Source: Verrucomicrobiota bacterium
GTDB lineage: Bacteria; Verrucomicrobiota; Verrucomicrobiia; Opitutales; Cerasicoccaceae
Reading direction: 5' to 3'
NCBI GenBank assembly: GCA_039818205.1
Contig: JBCBUK010000004.1
Span: 232,302-296,301 of the forward strand
Length of the DNA: 64,000 nt
Within the stretch, counting starts at the first letter, position 1. Each line of letters begins with the position of its first letter. Shown piece by piece: positions 56,724 to 64,000 of the stretch. The translations under genes and the position numbers were made by a program. Below the pieces are notes generated by a model that was not told where the DNA came from, did no database searches, and worked only from the letters and a program-made list of their open reading frames with translations.

Positions 56724-57485
56724 CTAACCGAGCACGGTTATGGCGGCAACCATGCCCATACCTAATATTCCGATAACGGCACAGGCAATCATCGCGTACA
56801 GGTTGAGCGTAATCGTACAGACCCAACCAGCGAAAGAACCGGCGATGATCGCCAACATTTGGGACGTGTCACCCCAGGACCAGAATACATACCCAAAGTA
56901 ACCCAGCCCCAACATAAGTCGAAAACGGATCAACGGAAACGCATCCGTGACTGATAGGATACAGCAAAGGGTGAGAAACAAATCAAGGATGCCAACGATT
57001 AGGAGCGGGTATTGTAGAATGAGCGAGTATTCGCCATTTTCCTGAATGTCGCTGATGACCGATACATTCGGCCAAATTTCAATAATGGCCGCCATCAACA
57101 TGATGACTGCCAGTGCTGGCAGAGAAATCGCTGCAGACGTTTCAGCTCGGCGGTGCCGTTTGCGCAGGTGTTTGGTTTCGCTGGTGTTGCCCTCGGCCGC
57201 GGCGAGCATATCGTCGACCTTCATCTCCGGGCGCATCTCGTCTTCCTCGTCGAGGGACTCAGCCAAGACTTCTTTAGGTTTCAAGCCGAGAGGCTTGGTC
57301 TCGGGGTCAATGGCTAAGCGAATTTCATCGTTTTGGCCCAGCGGCAACCAATCCTCATGATCTTCATCATAGTAGAGGGTCGATTCAGTAGCTTTACCTG
57401 CTTCGATCAGGTCGGCAATACGATCGGGATCGTAGGGTCCCTTTGCTTCCTCTGATTCGGGTTCGCGGATGTAGTATTCGCCCAT
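56724..57485 (-). CDS. GYF_2 (DUF4339)-like domain membrane protein
   Basis: YYIR....AKGPY...IADLIEAG.....TLYY.....DWLPL followed by several TMs. Confidence 0.68.
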   Translation of the reverse strand: MGEYYIREPESEEAKGPYDPDRIADLIEAGKATESTLYYDEDHEDWLPLGQNDEIRLAIDPETKPLGLKPKEVLAESLDEEDEMRPEMKVDDMLAAAEGNTSETKHLRKRHRRAETSAAISLPALAVIMLMAAIIEIWPNVSVISDIQENGEYSLILQYPLLIVGILDLFLTLCCILSVTDAFPLIRFRLMLGLGYFGYVFWSWGDTSQMLAIIAGSFAGWVCTITLNLYAMIACAVIGILGMGMVAAITVLG

Positions 57486-57617
57486 TTTGCAGCCGATTTT
57501 TTGCGAATATTACTTCCCGAGCAAGCCTAAAGGCTTCCGACTGGCACAATACACAGATTCGTAAAACTCGCGTAAATGCTTGTTAATCGGGTGGTTCTCA
57601 CACCTCGGTAGTGTTCT

Positions 57618-58445
57618 TCAGACCGTGGCCGTATCGCCACCCCAACGCAGTTTTTGTCGGAGTATACTAAAATAGGAATAGTCGCTGGGCAGCAGGAGCG
57701 GCAGTTCTCTCCGAGAGATATAGATTTCTAATGGAAAGAATTCCTCACCGTTAAGTCGCTGTGCGCCGTCGAGGGTCACCTGAGCATTGGCACCTTCGAG
57801 AACCTTAACCGTGAATTTACTCTCTCGGGTGAGGACGAGGCTTCGGTTGCTCAGGCTGTGGGGGCAAATGGGCGTCATGACGAGCACTTCGGCTCCGGGC
57901 ATGATGATTGGGCCACCCGCCGACAGATTGTAGGCTGTGGATCCGGTCGGGGTGCTGAAAATGATCCCGTCGCTGTAATACTCGGTTACCAGCGAGTCAT
58001 CGCACCAAACTTGGAGGCCGATCAATCGACGACCATCCGCGCTTTTGATGACGGCGTCATTGAGGGCCAGGGCGTGCTCATTGCCAGCGGTTTTGGCATG
58101 CAGCACCGATCGTTTCTCGATTTGAAAGTCGCCACGCAAGATATCGATGAAGTGCTTGCGGATGTCGGCAACTGAGTAAGTTGCCAGGAATCCAAGTTTG
58201 CCCTGGTTGACACCGAAGACAGGTGTCTGGGAACGCATCGACTCCGGTGCGCAAGCGAGGATGGTTCCATCACCACCCAGAACGCAGCAGACGTCGGCAT
58301 CCTCGAGAAAACCTTCCGGAATCGGATACTCGGTTAGCCGTCGTGCATCGACTCCTTGATCCCGACAAACGCCCTCGAGGAATTCAGCCAGCTCCAAAGC
58401 ACCAGCTTTAGTGGAATTCACAACGAAGGCGATCCGAGATAGCAT
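57618..58445 (-). CDS. nadK: NAD kinase
   Basis: LGGDGT, GKLGFL, ALND, DG, STPTGSTAYNLSAGGP, PICPH. Confidence 0.96.
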   Translation of the reverse strand: MLSRIAFVVNSTKAGALELAEFLEGVCRDQGVDARRLTEYPIPEGFLEDADVCCVLGGDGTILACAPESMRSQTPVFGVNQGKLGFLATYSVADIRKHFIDILRGDFQIEKRSVLHAKTAGNEHALALNDAVIKSADGRRLIGLQVWCDDSLVTEYYSDGIIFSTPTGSTAYNLSAGGPIIMPGAEVLVMTPICPHSLSNRSLVLTRESKFTVKVLEGANAQVTLDGAQRLNGEEFFPLEIYISRRELPLLLPSDYSYFSILRQKLRWGGDTATV

Positions 58446-58448
58446 CGG

Positions 58449-59675
58449 TTACCTTAGCTTGTTTAGCTGGTTGTTGGCCCGGGCGCGTAGACGCAGAGCC
58501 TGAAGACGGATGAAACCGCTGGCGTCATCTGGGTTGTAGTCACTTTCAACGCCTTCCATCGAAGCGATGTCCTCGTCGTAAAGTGACAGTTCGCTCTTGC
58601 GGCCAACGGTGGTAATGTTGCCCTTGTAGAGCTTCAATCGAACCGTTCCAGCGACGTGCTTTTGGCTGTCGTCAAAGAACGCTTGTAGTGCCTCGCGTTC
58701 CGGCGCGAACCAGAATCCGTAGTAGACCAGCTCGGCATACTTTGGAATCAAGCTATCCCGCAGGTGCATGAGGTCGCGGTCCATGGTCAAACTTTCGACC
58801 TGTCGGTGACCCTGCATTAAGATGGTGCCGCCTGGCGTTTCATAAACGCCCCGGCTCTTCATGCCGACGAACCGGTTTTCCACCAGGTCAACCCGGCCGA
58901 TACCATGCTTTCCAGCGAGCTGGTTGAGTGTCTTGAGCACCTGAGCAGGCGTCATTGATTCTCCGTTAACCGCGACGCAATCGCCGCGTTCGAAATCCAA
59001 CTCAATGTATTCGGGCTCATCCGGTGCGTCCTGCGGGTCTGCTGTGAGCTTGTACATCGCCTTATTGTCTGGTGTGGTTGGGTCGAACCAAGGATCTTCT
59101 AAAATGCCCGCTTCATAGGAGATGTGGAGTAGATTGCGGTCCATCGAGTAGGGCTTCGAGGCGCTTGCTTCGACGTCGACGCCATTTGCGGCGCACCAAT
59201 CGATCATTTCAGTCCGACCCGGGAAGGTTTCGCGAAAGATCGGCATGCGCCATGGGGAAATAATCTGCAGCTCAGGTGCCAGGGCGGCATAGGTCAGCTC
59301 GAAACGGACTTGGTCGTTGCCCTTGCCGGTTGCGCCGTGGGCGACGGCGTCGGCACCTTCTTTGTGGGCGATGTCGATCTGCGCTTTGGCGATCAAGGGC
59401 CGCGCGATCGAGGTGCCCAGGTAATACTGACCTTCGTAGATGGCGTTGGCGCGCAGCATCGGATAGATGTAGTCGCTGGCGAACTCATCAACCAGATCCA
59501 ACGTATAGTGGGTTGAGGCGCCGGTTGCTTCAGCCTTTTCGGGCAGGCCGGTCAGTTCTTCCTCCTGACCCACGTCTGCAGCAAAGGTGATAATTTCCGC
59601 GTTGTATTGGTTCTTCAACCAACGGACGAGCACGGATGTGTCGAGACCTCCTGAGTATGCGAGAACAATTTTCAT
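58449..59675 (-). CDS. argG: Argininosuccinate synthase
   Basis: [40 protein letters not shown]. Confidence 0.98.
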   Translation of the reverse strand: MKIVLAYSGGLDTSVLVRWLKNQYNAEIITFAADVGQEEELTGLPEKAEATGASTHYTLDLVDEFASDYIYPMLRANAIYEGQYYLGTSIARPLIAKAQIDIAHKEGADAVAHGATGKGNDQVRFELTYAALAPELQIISPWRMPIFRETFPGRTEMIDWCAANGVDVEASASKPYSMDRNLLHISYEAGILEDPWFDPTTPDNKAMYKLTADPQDAPDEPEYIELDFERGDCVAVNGESMTPAQVLKTLNQLAGKHGIGRVDLVENRFVGMKSRGVYETPGGTILMQGHRQVESLTMDRDLMHLRDSLIPKYAELVYYGFWFAPEREALQAFFDDSQKHVAGTVRLKLYKGNITTVGRKSELSLYDEDIASMEGVESDYNPDDASGFIRLQALRLRARANNQLNKLR

Positions 59676-59863
59676 AATCGTAAACCTTCGGCTTTAACGA
59701 TCGAGCGCTCCTCCGCCAAGGATAAAGCGCGGGTGGATTGCCTCAACGAATTGCTTGGTGCTCCGCGAAAAGCTCACCGGCGCGCATCAAAAACCTCGGG
59801 AAGGACATTGACGCCTCTTGGTATTTGCCGTAAATATGATGACCTCTGCTCTGTTTTGGGAAT

Positions 59864-60439
59864 ATGTCCGCGCCTCTCCCAGCACCGCTCGCTCAGGCTC
59901 TCGACGAAGACTTGGATTTCTTCACGGGGGAGCATTGCGAATGGAAACTGGAAATCGAGGATTCGGCGGATTACATAGAAAAAGAGACGGGTTGCCGGGT
60001 TCTCGTATTTGCGAACAACGGCTTCGGTGATAGTCTGTTTCTCAAAATCGATGATGCTGGCTTGGCGAACGAAGGCATATTTGAGTTCAATCATGAAGGC
60101 TCAGAGGTGTTGGTGGTTCCAGAATCGTTGGAAGTCCTTCTTGGTTTTGAAGACCGCGAACCATCCACGGATGACTATCCTCAAGCGATCTACGAAAGCG
60201 GAGAACCCATCCAGTTAGGTGACCGAGTCCAGTTTAAGCTATGGCTGGAGTTTTGGAAGGGGTGGCTCGATGGTGTCGTGGCGTATGTTCCAGGAATTTC
60301 AAAGAAGAATCTCGAGCATGAGACCGAGGACCTTAAATGGATCTCAATCGATTATGGCAGCGAGTCCTTCGGTCCGGTGGTTGATCCAGATACTGGAATC
60401 GTGAAAAAGGTGAGGCTGGTCGAACGCGCTAAGAAGTAG
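59864..60439 (+). CDS. SMI1/KNR4 (SUKH)-like protein with C-terminal beta domain
   Basis: VLVFANNGFGDSLFL...IFEFNHE....V..SLE; acidic; second module starts YESGEPIQLGDRV. Confidence 0.55.
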   Translation: MSAPLPAPLAQALDEDLDFFTGEHCEWKLEIEDSADYIEKETGCRVLVFANNGFGDSLFLKIDDAGLANEGIFEFNHEGSEVLVVPESLEVLLGFEDREPSTDDYPQAIYESGEPIQLGDRVQFKLWLEFWKGWLDGVVAYVPGISKKNLEHETEDLKWISIDYGSESFGPVVDPDTGIVKKVRLVERAKK

Positions 60440-60507
60440 CCTTTTGCATGCTGACGAATTGCATTACTGGCTTGCCAATGCGGAGCTAAGCATCCCCCTT
60501 TAGGCTC

Positions 60508-62082
60508 ATGGCATCTTTCGACGCGATCATTGTCGGCTCAGGACATAACGGGATGATTTGTGCCGCCTATTTGGCACAGGCCGGACGCAAGGTCGCGGTG
60601 TTCGAACGCCGCCCAATTGTGGGTGGGGCGGTATGCACCCAAACGGATATCATTCCAGGTTATCGCATTGATGTCGGCAGTTCTGCCCACGTTATGATCC
60701 ACCAAACGCCGGTGTTGCGTGAATTGGAATTGGAGAAATATGGCCTGGAGTATTTGGAGATGGACCCATGGGCCTACTATCCGATTCCCGGTGAGCCGGG
60801 GAAAGGGATCGCATTCTATCGTGACGTCGAGAAGACCTGCCAAAGTATTGCGCAAATTAGTCCAAAGGATGCGGAATCTTACCGACAGTTTGTCGAATCC
60901 TGGGGCAAATTGAACGAAGGCGTTTTTGAAGCGTTCTTGAAAGCGCCGACTCCCTGGAATCTGGTGCGGACAATGTTTGGACGTTCGCTCAAGGGTAGCG
61001 ATCGGATGAATATGATTCGGCACCTGATGGGCCCTTATGGGCAACTGGTCTGCGAATCCTTTGAAAGCGAAGCTCTGCGAACGGCCATCATTTGGTTGGC
61101 CGCCCAAAGCGGGCCACCCCCGTCGGAGGCGGCATCGGGAGACTTTGCCGGATGGCACTCAATGTACCATCAGTCTGGAATGAAGCGGGCCAAAGGCGGA
61201 AGCGGTGCGCTGACGCAGGCGCTCAAGAAGCGCATCATCGCTGACGGCGGAGAGATCTTTGAGGATGCTCCGGTTGGGAAAATCCTTACGAGTGGCACGG
61301 GCCAAGCGACTGGGATTGAACTTCAGGATGGCCGCAGGTTCAACGCGTCAGTCGTGGTGGCGGCTTGCCATATCAAAACAACCCTTGATCAATTGCTGGC
61401 GGAGGCGACGGATCTACCGGACAATATTCGTGTCCGGTCAAAGTCTCTTCGCATCGGGAATGGATTCGGAATGATCGTGCGCTGCGCGATGTCTGGGTTG
61501 CCCGAGTACCCAGGTTTACCAGTGAATGAAGAAGGCGTCGGCGAAGCTCACCGCGGCTTGCAGTTGCTTTGCCCCTCACGGGAGGCGTTAGACAGTGCCT
61601 ACGGTGACTACCTCGCGGGGCGTCCTCCCGCAAAGCCTATTCCGCTGGTGATGACTTTCTCTAGCTTGGATGATACGCTGGCTCCGGCCGGCAAACATGT
61701 GATGTTCGTCTGGGGGCAGTACCATCCCTATGAGCTGCGCAACGGCGAGCACTGGGACGAGATTGCCGATCGTGAAGCGGATAAGCTGCTGGCAGCGGTT
61801 GATGAGTATGCACCAGGCACGTCCGAAAAGGTGATCGATCGATATATTCAGACACCCCTGGAAATTGAGCGACTACACGGGATGCATCGTGCGAATGTGA
61901 TGCACCTAGAAATGTCGTTCGATCAGATGTTTACATTTCGTCCGATGCCTGAGCTGTCCAGCTACAAGATTCCAGCGATCAAGGGCCTCTACCTTTCGGG
62001 TGCAAGCACGCACCCAGGTGGTGGCGTTTGGGGTGCCTCTGGTCATAATACGGCTAAACTAATTCTGAAGGAAAGCCGTTGA
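60508..62082 (+). CDS. Phytoene-desaturase-family FAD oxidoreductase, CrtO carotenoid-ketolase-like
   Basis: GSGHNG..CAAYLA, ERR..VGGAV.T, PGYRID.GSSAH, HLEMSFDQMF.FRP, GASTHPGGGVWGASG. Confidence 0.8.
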   Translation: MASFDAIIVGSGHNGMICAAYLAQAGRKVAVFERRPIVGGAVCTQTDIIPGYRIDVGSSAHVMIHQTPVLRELELEKYGLEYLEMDPWAYYPIPGEPGKGIAFYRDVEKTCQSIAQISPKDAESYRQFVESWGKLNEGVFEAFLKAPTPWNLVRTMFGRSLKGSDRMNMIRHLMGPYGQLVCESFESEALRTAIIWLAAQSGPPPSEAASGDFAGWHSMYHQSGMKRAKGGSGALTQALKKRIIADGGEIFEDAPVGKILTSGTGQATGIELQDGRRFNASVVVAACHIKTTLDQLLAEATDLPDNIRVRSKSLRIGNGFGMIVRCAMSGLPEYPGLPVNEEGVGEAHRGLQLLCPSREALDSAYGDYLAGRPPAKPIPLVMTFSSLDDTLAPAGKHVMFVWGQYHPYELRNGEHWDEIADREADKLLAAVDEYAPGTSEKVIDRYIQTPLEIERLHGMHRANVMHLEMSFDQMFTFRPMPELSSYKIPAIKGLYLSGASTHPGGGVWGASGHNTAKLILKESR

Positions 62083-62245
62083 ATACTACCGGACGAACTT
62101 TGTTGATCATCGAGTCGTATTATTTGGAATGACGGTATATCCTGTTCTGCGCTGAAATTCTCGAATAAATTCCCTTGGCAATTAATGAAACTTTGCGTAA
62201 CCCTCACGGTTTAAAATTCTGACTGCAAGCGATATAAACCCCTAC

Positions 62246-62641
62246 ATGAAACAACCCAGATCTCACTCAGGAAAATTTAATCCGATTATTGGTGTGGTCA
62301 TTGGCATTGTGGCCTTGGTTATTTTGGTCATCACGCTTGTGATGGTTCAGGGAGGAAGCTATTCTGGCCTTCAGAAATTTCCGGCCGAGTCTTATCGCAA
62401 CGCGCCGCAGAATCTTTTGGGTAACTCATATGTGCTTGATGCTCAGGTGGATTCGATGCTGAGCTACGAGCCAGGTCTTGGGCGGCTCCTTGCCGTTCGG
62501 GCAGATGAGTCCACTGGGCGTATCCCTGTTTTCCTGCCCGATGGACTCGAGGATTCGATTCACACCGGCCAACGCTACAGCATGAAGGTCAATATTCGCA
62601 ATGGGGGCCTCATCTACATTGAGGAGCTCAAGAAGTATTAG
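62246..62641 (+). CDS. Membrane-anchored hypothetical protein (single TM + small OB-like domain)
   Basis: N-terminal hydrophobic helix, beta-rich soluble part. Confidence 0.65.
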   Translation: MKQPRSHSGKFNPIIGVVIGIVALVILVITLVMVQGGSYSGLQKFPAESYRNAPQNLLGNSYVLDAQVDSMLSYEPGLGRLLAVRADESTGRIPVFLPDGLEDSIHTGQRYSMKVNIRNGGLIYIEELKKY

Positions 62642-62743
62642 CGGCTGCGATGCATTCGCCAGTTGAACTCGAGGGCGAAAGCGATCATCGTATCTTGAAT
62701 ACGAAACATTTAGTCCAATTTGGGGTTCAATAGAGGATAAGTT

Positions 62744-64000
62744 ATGATTCAACGATACCTACCGGCTTTTCTTGTCAGTCTGATTTTGTCCGCCTCGTTG
62801 CTCTTTGGTCAGGCTTATGACCAAGGCGCAGGTTCGTCGCCAAATTTCTTTGGTGGTGGGGGCGATCCCGCGTCCAACCAGAACAACATGAACATTGGAG
62901 CCGGTGGTGGCTTGTTCGAAAGTCAAACCTCCGAGAACATGGCCGACCGCGTGTTCAACGTGGATTCTGATTCGGTTGATTTGGAGGATGGCACGTTCAA
63001 TTGGAAGGGCCGAACCTTTAACCTGGGCAACAACCGTGTGGCCCGCGCCCGATTTGAGCGTTACCTGGCGTCGCCTGATCTTTCCGATTCTGACGAAATC
63101 TATCTTGGTATTCTCAAGCGCATCGAAGAACTTCTTTCGCTGGTTGGTGAAGATAACATCAAGGATGCGGAAACCCTGACCGATGAGATCTTTCAAGCCT
63201 GGCAAATGCTATTCAAAGCCGCCCGCTATGAAATGGATCAAGGCATTTCCATCGTCGTTGCCAACCAGGTCTATAACATTTGGCGCATCCGCGATGAGAA
63301 TCACAATCTCACCCGAGCCCGGGGCATTTTGGCTGAAGAAAAAGAAGATCAGCAGGATTTGTTAGCATCCAATAGCTGGATCAGTGAGCGCGAATTTGAG
63401 GAGCGCCAGCGCTTGAAAGCGCAAGGCCGCCATACCGGTGCTGAGTTTGAAGGCGTCACTCAGGCGACCTTTCAGGCACAGCGTGTCGCTGAACTTCAAT
63501 CGAAGATTACGGCGATGGATACACAGGGCATCGCTAATGGCATTCAAGCGAAGCTTCAGTTTCAATCACAGATACTGAACTTGCTGCTTTCGCGACGTTT
63601 TGAGCACTGCATTATTGCTTCAAACTTTTACCGATTTGCGTTCAAGGGCTCCCACCAGACGATTACGGTCGGCAGTGAGCAGCTGGAGGAGTTTATGCCG
63701 ATCTCCGACTTTACGCCAACAGTTGAGACCGTTGAACTCCTTGCCCGCGAAGCGGAGACCGACGTGAAAACGGGCATGCGGACAGTCGAAAGCCTATACG
63801 CCAGCAATGAACTCTACGGTGCATTAGAACGGCTCCAGGAAACCTTTTACCTGGGTGAATACACGCCCGAAGTTCTCCAGTTCCCCGCCGAGAAGAAGCG
63901 CCCTTTGCTCGACCTTTACCGGAAGACCCGTGAATTGCAGACATTGATCGATCTTAAGGACTATGAGGGCATCGAGAACCTGATCGCTGAAGTGAAAGAG
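62744..64000 (+). CDS. Large secreted hypothetical protein, 3' truncated by the window edge
   Basis: Manually translated open frame from ATG 62744 (MIQRYLPAFLVSLILSASLLFG-QAY...) with no stop for 419 codons; AGAGGA upstream; absent from the ORF track. Confidence 0.85.
   Translation, partial: MIQRYLPAFLVSLILSASLLFGQAYDQGAGSSPNFFGGGGDPASNQNNMNIGAGGGLFESQTSENMADRVFNVDSDSVDLEDGTFNWKGRTFNLGNNRVARARFERYLASPDLSDSDEIYLGILKRIEELLSLVGEDNIKDAETLTDEIFQAWQMLFKAARYEMDQGISIVVANQVYNIWRIRDENHNLTRARGILAEEKEDQQDLLASNSWISEREFEERQRLKAQGRHTGAEFEGVTQATFQAQRVAELQSKITAMDTQGIANGIQAKLQFQSQILNLLLSRRFEHCIIASNFYRFAFKGSHQTITVGSEQLEEFMPISDFTPTVETVELLAREAETDVKTGMRTVESLYASNELYGALERLQETFYLGEYTPEVLQFPAEKKRPLLDLYRKTRELQTLIDLKDYEGIENLIAEVKE

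Noticed and set aside
1..64000. tRNA, rRNA, CRISPR array, IS element or prophage
   Set aside because: All intergenic gaps are under about 220 nt; I saw no cloverleaf, repeat-spacer array, transposase, integrase or phage gene. Small ncRNAs cannot be excluded without an Infernal/Rfam search

Overview
Bacterial chromosomal window, gene-dense and mostly mid-to-high GC, with about 61 CDS and no rRNA, tRNA, CRISPR array or transposase that I could see. It is most likely Verrucomicrobiota (Opitutales-like); this is inferred from the pseudopilin cassette, the mcsA-mcsB-clpC operon, zwf/opcA/pgl and the C-terminal domains of the secreted proteases. Most genes are housekeeping (mcsA-mcsB-clpC; lexA-rnc-mfd-surA; purU; ilvE; menA; dinG; zwf/opcA/pgl; recD2; moeB; manC-ruvX-truA; comF-accD; argG-nadK). 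Accessory modules: a five-gene prepilin/pseudopilin cassette; a sulfotransferase + MBOAT + SGNH-like glycan-modification block; a tandem pair of secreted trypsins between zwf and opcA that share a promoter and a putative C-terminal sorting domain; a methyltransferase-FAD oxidoreductase-type III PKS cluster; a CrtO-like oxidoreductase; an orphan MotA/ExbB-like membrane protein; an orphan SUKH/SMI1-like protein; and a large secreted ORF running off the right edge that the ORF track missed. Two patterns cut across the window: many genes have -35/-10 elements placed so that transcription would start at or next to the start codon (leaderless mRNA), and three proteins have lost canonical zinc-binding cysteines. 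All family calls come from motif recognition by eye, not from database searches.
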